Positions 46,113 through 56,301 of a stretch of 64,000 bases of DNA are shown here, piece after piece (position 1 is the first letter of the stretch; each line of letters begins with the position of its first letter). Source of the DNA: a virus; IMG/VR virus record IMGVR_UViG_3300032235_000911, positions 1-64,000 of that record, one strand, 5' to 3'. The translations under genes and the position numbers were made by a program. The notes under the pieces were generated by a model. It was not told the origin of the DNA. It ran no database searches and was given only the letters and a program-made list of their open reading frames with translations.

Positions 46113-47521
46113 TATTCCATCCTAAATCTAAATACTTCTGGGTATTCCGTCTTTTTTACGCCATCGATAATCATAAATTTAATTCCGTATGAATATCCGG
46201 TCTCAAGCATTGACATATCTAGCATGAAATAATTGCCACTTGCGTCATAAGAGCATAGTGTCGACGGTTGTGGATAAACTCCATAATCTATTATAGTATA
46301 ATTATCATTTATTCTAAAGAGTTTATAATAGAGATTTTTGTGTATTGTGCCCTCTATCTCTTTACTTGCAACCGTATATATATTTGGTGACCAATTTTTT
46401 TCTCTGCTGTAGATTTTAAATTTAATAAGTTCGTCTTGGGTATATGAACTTTTTAGGTTTGTTATATTAAGCACGTAAGTTGGGCTATCGATCTCGTCAA
46501 AAGTTCTAACTTTTGCGTCTATTTCGCCCTTATAAAACACAGTGGAACCGCTGACCCAGTAATCATTTATAGTTGAATCTTGCGATCCTGTTAGAATTAC
46601 AGAGCAACGATATACCCCTGTTGATATTTTTTGTGAAACTGCTGATCCTATATTTGTGTTTGTTTCATTTTTAAAAACAACGTTTGGTACAACACCAGAA
46701 GGCAAATCTTTCAGTGTGCCATTTATTTTATTATAAAAATATAAATCTTGTGTATTATCTTCAGTTTCTGCGTTTGGAGAATAGAAGTAAAAATCTGGTC
46801 TATCGTCCGTAAATTCCGTACCCCAGCGGGCTTCTATACATGGACGCTTAAAGAAATATTCTGAGCTTCTTGACGAAAACCTTTTTGTATAAAAGCTTTT
46901 ATTATATTCCGGCTGCTCAAACGCACCAGACAATGCTATAATAAAGCCATAATTAGGAATAGTGGATGCTAGTTGCTCCTCTACGCTGTCGGTTACATCA
47001 ACTTCTAAATCCTCTAGACCTGTTTCAAAATAAAAACTTTTTGCTTTATCTGGGTAATAATCGCCGCCCGCGGTTGACCAGCCACGCGATGAACTAGCAT
47101 AAGTCCAGTTTGCGCCTTCTCCGTTTGTACCATTGTATCCAAGGTCCGCATAGCCTTCGAGGTCGAATCCATAGCCTTCCTGCCAATCAGAGCCAGAAAT
47201 TGGAGCAACGATAACAGAAAATTTCTCAGGAACCTCAAACGCATGTTTAATATTACTTAACTTTAAATAAAATGATACACTGCCTGAGTTTGGTAGCTTG
47301 CCTTCTTCTCGTAAATTATTTATTTTTTCTAATGGAAACTTTATAAGTAAACGACTTAATTGTGGTTCTTCGGCCCCTTCTTGTGTTTTGTAATATACAG
47401 AAAAAACTTCTAACGCATCAGAGTTGCCTGTGTTTGAGTATATCGCTCTTGTTAGCGAATCTGCGCGAAATGCGTTTACTATTGTTGTGTCTGCCGACGC
47501 AGACAGTCTGAGTATTGACAT
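46112..47521 (-). CDS. Virion protein with a DNRLRE-like beta-sandwich domain
   Basis: ADTTI, SRLLIKFPL, WQEGYG, W.TAGGDY, VDVTDSVE and NYGFII pattern. Confidence 0.6.
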   Translation of the reverse strand: MSILRLSASADTTIVNAFRADSLTRAIYSNTGNSDALEVFSVYYKTQEGAEEPQLSRLLIKFPLEKINNLREEGKLPNSGSVSFYLKLSNIKHAFEVPEKFSVIVAPISGSDWQEGYGFDLEGYADLGYNGTNGEGANWTYASSSRGWSTAGGDYYPDKAKSFYFETGLEDLEVDVTDSVEEQLASTIPNYGFIIALSGAFEQPEYNKSFYTKRFSSRSSEYFFKRPCIEARWGTEFTDDRPDFYFYSPNAETEDNTQDLYFYNKINGTLKDLPSGVVPNVVFKNETNTNIGSAVSQKISTGVYRCSVILTGSQDSTINDYWVSGSTVFYKGEIDAKVRTFDEIDSPTYVLNITNLKSSYTQDELIKFKIYSREKNWSPNIYTVASKEIEGTIHKNLYYKLFRINDNYTIIDYGVYPQPSTLCSYDASGNYFMLDMSMLETGYSYGIKFMIIDGVKKTEYPEVFRFRME

Positions 47522-49338
47522 TATATCGTTTTTCCTATTATATCTTGACCTATTCTAGCATTTTTTATTTCCCATATAGCATTTTTTGGCATTATTATGT
47601 AATTTCCGTCTGCGCTCCTGTTTCTTTCAATATCTAGAGATACAGAAGAATAGCCAAGAGAAGTTAGATTATTTACTTTTATTCTATCTTTTATATCAAG
47701 TACCCCATTTATTTTTCTAATCTCTCTATAGACATCCAAGATGTTAAATGGTTCTCCTATTTGTGCAGGAATTCGATATCTAAACTCAAGTTGTCTTGAC
47801 ACGGCATCTAGAACATTTGCTTTATCAAAATTTGGATCAACCATTATAGTAAAACTTAAACCAAGGTTAACAACCTTGGCATCTAAAATATCAACGGTGT
47901 CTGTCAACATTTTATAGCCGGATAGCCAAAATTTTAAATTTTCCTTTATACGCGTATTTGATTGTATCATATGACCGGCGGTATCTTTGCAGGCAATATA
48001 TAAATTTATATTATTCTTTGGGCTATTTGCATCTCTAACGGCTTTTGCTCTACCTATTGTCCCATATTTTGATGGTAGCATATATGCTAATGTTTCATAG
48101 TCTTTTGCTGTAACAGCACGATTTTGAGTTTGAAATATAGAACCTGCCAGATCTTTTATTTCTTCTATGTCTATATCAAGACTATCTCCAATAATAGGTT
48201 CCTCGTTTATAATCTGTATGCTGTTTATTATTGTATTTATTGTATCGTTTGTAACGCTAGTGTTATTAAAAACATAATTTAAGCTTTTAACAACAACAAC
48301 TTCACCTACTTCTGCATTGTTATTATAGCTTTTATTTTTTCTATATGTTATAGTTAGCTTTGTATTGTCTGGCCCTATACCGAATCTGTCTCCGTTTATG
48401 AGCCGATTTGGCTCAAAGACCTCTTCTGTTGTATAGTCCGTATTGTATCTTTCAAGAACGAATTTGCTTGGTTCTGTTACGACATCAACCGTTAAGTCAT
48501 CATCTTGTTTGTATTGTTTTCCACCAAACATAATATATGGCAATGTACCATCGAAGCCAAAAACAAATCTTCTCTGTGCGCTTACTGTTCTCAATAGAGA
48601 TTTAAGTTCTGATGTTGGCTCCGTTAGCGGTATTGATTGATATACAACGTTTTGTGAGAGGTTTGGGACTTCATAATATTCATTCCCGTCACTATCCAGA
48701 ACAGAAGCTATCTCGACAATTGATAGATCTGGTAAATAAACTTTATTAAACGGAATGAAGCTGCCTATTTGTTTTTCAAACGTAGAGATCTCACCGGAAA
48801 TAACCGGGACGCTTAATTTTACTGCATAATACGTAGGGTTTTTTACTTCATTTGTTCGTGCGATAACATATTGTTTACCGGTTTGATTTTCATCAATGAT
48901 GATATCTTCTGTTGTCAAAAAAGTCTTTGTACCGTCCGCAGAACTAAAGCTGGTGCCTCGCTTTATCACTGGTGCTTGGCTAAAATCTGGCTTTCCATCG
49001 CTACCGGCAGGCATTAGCATATAAATTGAAACGATCCCAGTTGTAGATGTTGTATTTGATCTCTTATATCCCAATTCAGTCGCAAGAGCTAATATGTTTT
49101 TTCTCTCCATAGCAGTTGCTAAAAAAGATTCATTGGACTGGTAATCGATAAAATATGACAGTGAGTCGCCAACGTAGGCCATCGAATCGATTATAAAAGA
49201 CGTTATACTGGCCTCTGACGCATCGGATAGCGTGTCTGGATAGAATCTTGCTGCGTAATCTTTTAATTCTTTTTTAATAGTACTAAAATCTTTCGCAAGG
49301 TAGTTTATTTTAAAGTTTTTATTCATTTTAGCTTCCAA
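47521..49338 (-). CDS. Baseplate wedge protein, T4 gp6-like
   Basis: NYLAKDFSTIKKEL, AYVGDSLSYFIDYQSNESFLATA and QNRAVTAKDY; follows the gp25-like gene; start may be ATG 49326. Confidence 0.85.
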   Translation of the reverse strand: MEAKMNKNFKINYLAKDFSTIKKELKDYAARFYPDTLSDASEASITSFIIDSMAYVGDSLSYFIDYQSNESFLATAMERKNILALATELGYKRSNTTSTTGIVSIYMLMPAGSDGKPDFSQAPVIKRGTSFSSADGTKTFLTTEDIIIDENQTGKQYVIARTNEVKNPTYYAVKLSVPVISGEISTFEKQIGSFIPFNKVYLPDLSIVEIASVLDSDGNEYYEVPNLSQNVVYQSIPLTEPTSELKSLLRTVSAQRRFVFGFDGTLPYIMFGGKQYKQDDDLTVDVVTEPSKFVLERYNTDYTTEEVFEPNRLINGDRFGIGPDNTKLTITYRKNKSYNNNAEVGEVVVVKSLNYVFNNTSVTNDTINTIINSIQIINEEPIIGDSLDIDIEEIKDLAGSIFQTQNRAVTAKDYETLAYMLPSKYGTIGRAKAVRDANSPKNNINLYIACKDTAGHMIQSNTRIKENLKFWLSGYKMLTDTVDILDAKVVNLGLSFTIMVDPNFDKANVLDAVSRQLEFRYRIPAQIGEPFNILDVYREIRKINGVLDIKDRIKVNNLTSLGYSSVSLDIERNRSADGNYIIMPKNAIWEIKNARIGQDIIGKTI

Positions 49339-49705
49339 GACTCATATTAAATGTATCAGTATAATAATTTTTGTATCTAAAATCTATACTTATCGACAGG
49401 GAGTTTTGCTCAGGGATAATATTAACATTTGTTACTTCTACTTCTGGTATAAACATCGAGATTTGGTTTGCTATCGTTCTATAAATATCTATCTTATAGT
49501 TATTTCCTGTCATATTTTGATTTTCAAACAGTAATCTTCTTATTCCAACCCCAAAATTTGGATTCATAAGCTTTTCGCCTGGGTTTGTCAGTAACAACGT
49601 TTTTATTTTTTGCTTAATGTTATCTATAAAAACAGTTAAATAGACAAATTTATTGTCTCCATCTAGTTGAAAGGGTATCTTTGGAGCGTATTTTTTCTCT
49701 GCCAT
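49328..49705 (-). CDS. Baseplate wedge subunit, T4 gp25/GpW-like
   Basis: LLLTNPGEKLMNPNFGVGIRRLLFE signature. Confidence 0.88.
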   Translation of the reverse strand: MAEKKYAPKIPFQLDGDNKFVYLTVFIDNIKQKIKTLLLTNPGEKLMNPNFGVGIRRLLFENQNMTGNNYKIDIYRTIANQISMFIPEVEVTNVNIIPEQNSLSISIDFRYKNYYTDTFNMSLGS

Positions 49706-49713
49706 GTCAATAA

Positions 49714-49720
49714 TAAATAG
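49714..49720 (-). promoter_or_regulatory. Putative phage late promoter motif CTATTTA
   Basis: GCTATTTATTATTGACATG; 8 nt before the ATG with no SD between. Confidence 0.55.
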
Positions 49721-49732
49721 CGCCTATGATAA

Positions 49733-52700
49733 TTATTTACTTTCTTCTGGCTCAAACTTATCTATATCTTTTACTGCCTCTTTTTGAAGATCTGGTGTGC
49801 AAACTGGTGAAGTCTGTGCCTTGGCTTCTGCTTCTTGAGCAGGTAAACAAGGATCACCGCCAGGCTCTAGAGCCTTCAGTTTTCTTATTTCTTCCAGTGA
49901 ATCTGCGTAATATTTGTATTCCTGTATAGAATCTAACGCTAGATAAGTCCAGCCAACAGGTGTAGGTGTCAAAGCACCAAATGAACCACCAGTTATTCCA
50001 AGCGAAGTAACAAGGTCTGGCAAGACTGATTTGCCATCATCTAGGCGCTTATAGAATAATAGATCTGCGTATGTATTTGAGTTCTTTATTATGTCTTTTC
50101 TGTCTTGTGGATCTATAATTGACCATCCAAGTACGCCGCCTAGTGTTACAAGCTCGTTTATTTTTCTAGTTAATCCAATATTAATATCATTATTTTGCGC
50201 TTGGTTTAGCGTCATCATTCTTGCCGTATCTACCATTGCATTTATAAAAAACTTTATGTACTTTGTATATTGAGGATTTAATCCGATCATAGCATAAGGC
50301 ACAGGAGATAGTGCAACTTTGCTTAAAAATTGCTCAATTTGGTTCTGGTCTGGTGGTATTGTATTATATCCTACTTCGCTACTCCCGGTTGATGCGACTG
50401 TGTAGCGCCCTAGTATTTCTAGTAGACGAGATTTGGCACCGGAATATATATGCTCTGTTTGAACATCGATATTAGTTGACATAAGAAAGTATATAAGAAG
50501 ATGCGATCTTTCGTCCTCTATTATTTTTCTTGTCTCAGTTAGAGGATATGTGTAGGGAATTTCCTTACCGTCGCCATATCTAACATGAACCTTTAGGCTA
50601 TCAGCTTGCGTATCGACTATAAATGATTGCTTACGTGTAGGGCGCGACTTTTTTGTCTTGGAACTAAAAATACGATTTAGTGTTTCTGCGACAAACTTCA
50701 CACCAGTATACGTTGTTGTAAGATCTGCCGTAAAATCGATTGCCTTTTGTAAATCAGACTTTGTCTCTGCTTCGAATGCCTCTGGCTGTGCAATCATTTT
50801 ATCCCAAAAGCTTGTATCCGTGAAACTAATTGTATCATTTGCTAATGAGAAATCTACAAATCGTTTTATTTCTCTACGAATGTAATATTGTAGCGCCTCT
50901 TCGTTTTTGTTCGTCTTTGGGAATACAAGATCTTTAAATATTGCAGTTTGATATTCTACATAGATTTTTCCACCTACCTCCAGTAATTTATTAAAAAGAG
51001 GATTTGTGTTATCATTTTGATCAACATTTTCGTTTGAGCTATATTTTCGTGTATCTAATTTTAAAAACTCAACAAATATATCAATAAAAATATTATTTTT
51101 ATGTACTTCCTTTATCTCATCTCGCGTATAAGAAGCCCAGAATGGTATTGTTTTTACCATGTAATCTGTGACGAAAGATCTTACTATTAAATTAAATAAG
51201 ATTCTTTCCATTGATTTTGTTGGATCTGCGCCTTTTTCACAAATATCTATTTTAAAATTATTTAATTCTCTAATCTTAAAATAATCATAGTTTAGGTAGT
51301 TTGGATTAATATTGCAATTTTTATATTTTGGATTTACCAGTAGATGGTACTTCTTTAATCTTGAATATAGGCGCAGATACGAGTTGGTTGATATATCAAC
51401 ATTTTTTGTAACAGAATAGTCCGAGTCTTGCATTTTTTCTATTGCAGTTTCTTCTCCATCTATCCAATCGATAAATTTATCTATAAGGCCGTCTTCTGTC
51501 TTATAATAAATAAAATCTTTTGTTAAATCATAATCGGTTTTAAAATATTCTGAGCCTGCAAAATTATTTAATACTATCTCTTGAAGTATTGCATATTCAC
51601 TTGGCGGTAGTGTATTTGAAACTTTTTGTGTTTTTATATTAAAAAGTCTATTAACTGCAACAACATTATCTTTATTTGAAGTTGTTATGTTTAACGTTCT
51701 AGATATATCACTAGATATTTTTGTATCCAATGAAAATATACCTGATTGTCTAAACTTTCTTACGTTTGAGACAATTTTTTCGTAATTTTTTATTTTGCTT
51801 ATTAGCGGTTTAAACTTTTCAAGATAAATCTGCTGTAACAAATTTTTAGTATCAAGGTCTAGTTTCGCAAACTTGCTTTCCAGAACAGGTACAACCGTTG
51901 AAGAGTAAAGTAAATCATACGCGCTGGTTTGCGAATATATAGCAGCTCCTAATACCTCAGATTTTTTTTGGCTTATATCTTTTGCTAATTTAAAACCTTT
52001 TAAGATTACGAATCTGGCGTTTTCTTTATCCACGTATATAAATTTAACTTCTACTTCGTTACTGTTTATTATATTTGAGTTAATTGTTATTGCAATAAAA
52101 TAATCTAGCGTTTTAAGGTGTGCGCCAAGTCTAGAGCCATTTGACCATAGATCATGTAAACTACTACTACTCCCATTATCATCAAACGCTCGATTTGCCT
52201 CTATGCTCTCTAGCCAGATTCTTGTTTTATCTTTATTTTCGTCTAAAAATGCTTTAAATTCGCTATTATAGACAAACTCGCTTGCAGTACAAACAATATT
52301 AGCTTCCTGCAATTGATCATTTGCTCCCAAGAAAGAATTCGACAACTCTTTTGAGGTTGTATCGTTTTGTGAATATGGATAATAAATAAGACGATGTTTG
52401 TCTATTTCGTTTCCTGGTCTTATAGTTACCGGATAGTCTACATTCAAGCCAAGATCTTCGTTGTACAATGTATATTCAACTGATCCTATCGTTTCTCCGG
52501 AGCTTTTTTGCCTTATAAGAGTTTTGTTTTTTGCAAATGATTCGATTAAGTTATCAGACTCGTCGTTAAAGGTCGTTAAGATGTCACTAAAAGTTGCATC
52601 TAAAGAATTGGCGTAATTTTGAACAAGATAATCTGTTGCCTCGTTGTTTCCATCCGAGTCTCCACAGAATGGTGATACATCTATTGGTCCATAACCATTT

Positions 52701-55315
52701 TGTAATTTCTCAAAAAGTGTTTTTGCCTTAGAGACTTTTTTCTTTAATTGACTGTCTAGCGTTCCAAGATTTCTTGGGACTTTACCTTCGTGTAACTCTT
52801 TTCTCGCTAATAGCTCTTCGTTTGAACAAATATTTGTTGGCGTGATTGGATTATTTACAATCGTAGTTATTTTTACTAAAATATCTGGATCTACTGTTGC
52901 TCCTATTTGTTTAAAAAATAATACTAATTTGTCTGGGTCGGATAACAGAAAACTCAGATCATTCTCGCCAGAATAATATTTTGATTTTATTATATTTTTA
53001 ACAAGTGTTAGTGCAAAACTTGATGGTTCACCTTTTAATAGATCAACTACTTCTGCGGGAGTTAATATGCAATTTATATCATTAAATAGTAAACCTAATA
53101 GATCAACTGTATATTCCTTATCGAAACCATATTCTTTTGGATTATAAAAAAATCCTAATGCTTCCGATCTGTTTGCTTTTAATACCTGTTTGTCTGAGTT
53201 ACTGTTAGCCGTCCCGCCGCCAAGGGCAGTTGGCTTAGATTCAAAAGGATTAGCGTAGTTATTTTCTGGGTTAAACAATCCATCTTCACATGACTGCGTT
53301 AGTGCATCTCGCACTGTATCAAAAACAAGAGTCAATAGACCTTGGTATAAAGATTTTGATAATTGTTTGCTAAAATTTTCATACGGGCTTTGTGTTTTTT
53401 TATTTAAAATAGCATCAAGTTGACCGCCTGGCTTAAATGTAGATTTAATCTTACCGGCAAAATTTAAAGTTTTACTGATTGCAGAAAGTCCGCGTGCTAG
53501 ATATGTAAGCCCTGGGTCATTTATGCAAAATAAGTTATAGTCAAGCTTTAAGCCGTTGTTTAAAGCGCGCAGGTATGCAGCGCCTTTTAGGTTTTTTATT
53601 TGCTGGTAATAATTAACATAGTTTATTATATCTGGGCCAATATTTTGTATGAGTTGCTTTACATCTGGGTCATCAAGCGATGTACCTTTGATTAAACAAA
53701 ATATTCTATTTATTATAAGTTTATTTAAGTTTAATCTATTGCAGATATAAATAACAGTATTTATATTAAAAGATTTTGCAGATTCTCCTAGTTGTTCGGC
53801 GACTCCGACAAGCGCATCAGTTGTAACTTGGGCCACGCCAGTAACGGGCGTTAGCGCCTTTTTTGCTGGCTCAAGAATGTATTTAACGCCCCAACTATTA
53901 TCCGGTGGTTCCCCTTCTAAACAATCTTCCATACTCTCTAATCGATCTAATAAATACTTTTCGTTATCTTTCTTTTTTTCTTCTCCTTCGGAAGATATAA
54001 ATATGTCATATATTGATCCACCAACATCCATAGTATCATTGATAGCTCTTTGTATGCTTGATGGCTTAAGACAATTTTCTTTTGATTCATTAAAAGCTAA
54101 TCTAAATTCTGCAACTTTTTGTGGTGGTAGTTTTTTTCCATTAACATAAACAGGTTCATCGACAAGTGAAATCTCTGGGTATTTTGCATATGTTTTTAAA
54201 TATGTGATTATGTCTAATGCTTTATGGTCCGCTACCATTTGATCGTAGTTTAAGAAATAATTAAATATTCTTTTTGAATTAAATTCTGCTCTTAATCTTA
54301 ATTGTGCTATTTGGTAGTTTTCTAGTTTTTCCGATGTACCATCTTTGTAAATCGTAACGGAGTTTATAGTTAAGTTGTCATCTAGACCGATAACGTACTC
54401 AATCGCAGATTCATCTATAAAAGAATATCCAAATATTGTAAACATCTCGTTTGCCACGGTTAAAAACCGTCGCATTGTAGCGATTTCAAAATCAATAACA
54501 AATCCTTGTATAAATTTATTTGGGTATGTAACTTGCGTTATGTCGTCAGCACGTGAAGTAAAGAGTGATAGAATCTTATTTATTTCAGATCTTATCGTTT
54601 TGTTATTCAATGTTACTTCTTTTGTTACCGCGCCTATTTTAACAGGCTGCGTTGGTGCTTCAATAGAATCAAAATACCTTAATGGCATAGAGACAGTGAA
54701 CGTTAAAGGCTCGCATTTTCTTTGTAAAGTAACATCTAGATCGTTATTTATAAACGCTGGTGTATTGTACGTTGATAGCAACAAGTCTATTGCCGCGTTA
54801 TCAGATTCTCTTCCCATGCTTGCAAGCAAGATCTGTAGGCCTTCGTAGTATACTTCTTTCAATAAAGTGTTAAAAAGATATGTATCTAATGCCTTTTCAT
54901 AATCGGTCTGTATTCTTACGGATAATAGACCGTTTTTTTTATCAATATATGGAGTAAATACCTCTTTTAACCTTGGGTCTACTTCCTGCGCAGATGGATC
55001 TGGCATGTGGTCTTTTGTGTAGCTAATATTAAAATACGACTTACCGTTTATTGAAATTAAGAAATCATTTTTTATGTATATACTTTTGTTATAATATGCA
55101 TATTTTTCCGACCTTGGATCGATAACTTTTATCTCTGTCCACCCGCCCTGATAACCAAGATTCTCTTGTATCGACGCAACTTCATAGCCTTCTAGATCGC
55201 TATAGTCTTTTCTTTTTTCAAAGGAAATATCTTTTGGATAATCCTTTGAGACAATAACGTCAACGCCGGTTATTTGATGAGTTGCTTTTTTAAAATCTGG
55301 GTATAGAAAATCCAT
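49733..55315 (-). CDS. Very large, largely helical virion protein of unknown function
   Basis: 1860-aa ORF between the spike and gp25-like genes; TAATG-coupled. Confidence 0.75.
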   Translation of the reverse strand: MDFLYPDFKKATHQITGVDVIVSKDYPKDISFEKRKDYSDLEGYEVASIQENLGYQGGWTEIKVIDPRSEKYAYYNKSIYIKNDFLISINGKSYFNISYTKDHMPDPSAQEVDPRLKEVFTPYIDKKNGLLSVRIQTDYEKALDTYLFNTLLKEVYYEGLQILLASMGRESDNAAIDLLLSTYNTPAFINNDLDVTLQRKCEPLTFTVSMPLRYFDSIEAPTQPVKIGAVTKEVTLNNKTIRSEINKILSLFTSRADDITQVTYPNKFIQGFVIDFEIATMRRFLTVANEMFTIFGYSFIDESAIEYVIGLDDNLTINSVTIYKDGTSEKLENYQIAQLRLRAEFNSKRIFNYFLNYDQMVADHKALDIITYLKTYAKYPEISLVDEPVYVNGKKLPPQKVAEFRLAFNESKENCLKPSSIQRAINDTMDVGGSIYDIFISSEGEEKKKDNEKYLLDRLESMEDCLEGEPPDNSWGVKYILEPAKKALTPVTGVAQVTTDALVGVAEQLGESAKSFNINTVIYICNRLNLNKLIINRIFCLIKGTSLDDPDVKQLIQNIGPDIINYVNYYQQIKNLKGAAYLRALNNGLKLDYNLFCINDPGLTYLARGLSAISKTLNFAGKIKSTFKPGGQLDAILNKKTQSPYENFSKQLSKSLYQGLLTLVFDTVRDALTQSCEDGLFNPENNYANPFESKPTALGGGTANSNSDKQVLKANRSEALGFFYNPKEYGFDKEYTVDLLGLLFNDINCILTPAEVVDLLKGEPSSFALTLVKNIIKSKYYSGENDLSFLLSDPDKLVLFFKQIGATVDPDILVKITTIVNNPITPTNICSNEELLARKELHEGKVPRNLGTLDSQLKKKVSKAKTLFEKLQNGYGPIDVSPFCGDSDGNNEATDYLVQNYANSLDATFSDILTTFNDESDNLIESFAKNKTLIRQKSSGETIGSVEYTLYNEDLGLNVDYPVTIRPGNEIDKHRLIYYPYSQNDTTSKELSNSFLGANDQLQEANIVCTASEFVYNSEFKAFLDENKDKTRIWLESIEANRAFDDNGSSSSLHDLWSNGSRLGAHLKTLDYFIAITINSNIINSNEVEVKFIYVDKENARFVILKGFKLAKDISQKKSEVLGAAIYSQTSAYDLLYSSTVVPVLESKFAKLDLDTKNLLQQIYLEKFKPLISKIKNYEKIVSNVRKFRQSGIFSLDTKISSDISRTLNITTSNKDNVVAVNRLFNIKTQKVSNTLPPSEYAILQEIVLNNFAGSEYFKTDYDLTKDFIYYKTEDGLIDKFIDWIDGEETAIEKMQDSDYSVTKNVDISTNSYLRLYSRLKKYHLLVNPKYKNCNINPNYLNYDYFKIRELNNFKIDICEKGADPTKSMERILFNLIVRSFVTDYMVKTIPFWASYTRDEIKEVHKNNIFIDIFVEFLKLDTRKYSSNENVDQNDNTNPLFNKLLEVGGKIYVEYQTAIFKDLVFPKTNKNEEALQYYIRREIKRFVDFSLANDTISFTDTSFWDKMIAQPEAFEAETKSDLQKAIDFTADLTTTYTGVKFVAETLNRIFSSKTKKSRPTRKQSFIVDTQADSLKVHVRYGDGKEIPYTYPLTETRKIIEDERSHLLIYFLMSTNIDVQTEHIYSGAKSRLLEILGRYTVASTGSSEVGYNTIPPDQNQIEQFLSKVALSPVPYAMIGLNPQYTKYIKFFINAMVDTARMMTLNQAQNNDINIGLTRKINELVTLGGVLGWSIIDPQDRKDIIKNSNTYADLLFYKRLDDGKSVLPDLVTSLGITGGSFGALTPTPVGWTYLALDSIQEYKYYADSLEEIRKLKALEPGGDPCLPAQEAEAKAQTSPVCTPDLQKEAVKDIDKFEPEESK

Positions 55316-56301
55316 TAGTTTACCTTGTTGTATATACTGTTTACATATTTTGGGCTAGAGGCGTCAAAATATTCTTTTATTAGAAGCTGGAACTTCATAT
55401 TATTATTTATAATATCTGGTATTATCTTACTAAATAGCTCTGTTGATATTAATGGGCTATTTTCCTCCATTGGTTTATCACTAATGGCCTTACCAGTGTT
55501 TAGAGCGTGTTTATGACTCGCAAACGTATTATTTAATTTTGTTTGTAGATCTATGAAATTAGACATGGATGACTGGACTTCTTGTATCGTCGATATGATA
55601 TTTTTTAATAATTCCAATAAATTATTGCCTTTAACCATCGGCTGAAGTTCGTTTGAAGGATCAGGATTATCATAACCAGCAATTATATCTATTCCGTTTA
55701 ACATTGGATCTTCGCCAGAAGATAGTTGTGCAAGATGCTGTGTTACAATTTTAACATTTTCTCTGCCTATAAGACGAATACAATCTGCCTTTGCAGCAAA
55801 GGCAGATCGGTTATCTGTATTCTCTAGCTCGTATCCCTCAAAGCCTTCAAGTTTAACTTTTACTTTTGGTAAGTTAAAGTAACTATCTATGTTTCCTCTT
55901 TGCGTTAAGTATATTCTTGCGGAATCTATTTCAAAATTCTTAGAAGAGAAATAAGCTTGACCATTGACCTTATCTATTGGGCGTAAACCCATGTGACCTG
56001 CAACAATATCTATTGCGCTAGCACCTGTTTGCCCTACTCCGCCTTTGCCGCTACCGACACCAGCAAAACGATCATTACCAAGAATTATCATGGAATTATT
56101 TTTTCCACGAATAACCTTTTCAGCTGATGTTTGTTCATAGTTGGTTGTTATCTCATCCCGCGCTGTGTTATTTACACCAGATTGTAAGGTAAAAGCTTGC
56201 GTGGCATCGATAGCAATTTTTCTAATAATATCGACTACTTCTGGGCTCAGGAAGGCGTTTCTTTCTTCCAGCTGCGAGTTTAATTTTTTTTCTTCTGCCA
56301 T
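55315..56301 (-). CDS. Baseplate central spike-like protein (start probably ATG 56301)
   Basis: Beta-strand repeats (IILGNDR, AIDIVAG, RIYLTQR, KADCIRLIGRENVKIVT), PMVKGNNL and C-terminal HxH (SHKH) as in the metal-binding tips of P2 gpV/phi92 gp138-type spikes. Confidence 0.6.
   Translation of the reverse strand: MAEEKKLNSQLEERNAFLSPEVVDIIRKIAIDATQAFTLQSGVNNTARDEITTNYEQTSAEKVIRGKNNSMIILGNDRFAGVGSGKGGVGQTGASAIDIVAGHMGLRPIDKVNGQAYFSSKNFEIDSARIYLTQRGNIDSYFNLPKVKVKLEGFEGYELENTDNRSAFAAKADCIRLIGRENVKIVTQHLAQLSSGEDPMLNGIDIIAGYDNPDPSNELQPMVKGNNLLELLKNIISTIQEVQSSMSNFIDLQTKLNNTFASHKHALNTGKAISDKPMEENSPLISTELFSKIIPDIINNNMKFQLLIKEYFDASSPKYVNSIYNKVN

Noticed and set aside
1270-47244. Short minus-strand ORFs nested in other frames (1270-1530, 7143-7325, 8562-8768, 10024-10212, 12555-12800, 14963-15157, 23147-23341, 24277-24510, 27425-27694, 47014-47244)
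   Set aside because: They are fully inside longer genes with clear motifs and show no independent coding signal, unlike the 60365-60720 overlap where both ORFs extend outside the overlap.
49733-55315. Tape measure protein call for the 1860-aa ORF
   Set aside because: It lacks the Ala/Gly-rich periodic composition typical of tape measures; left as unknown.
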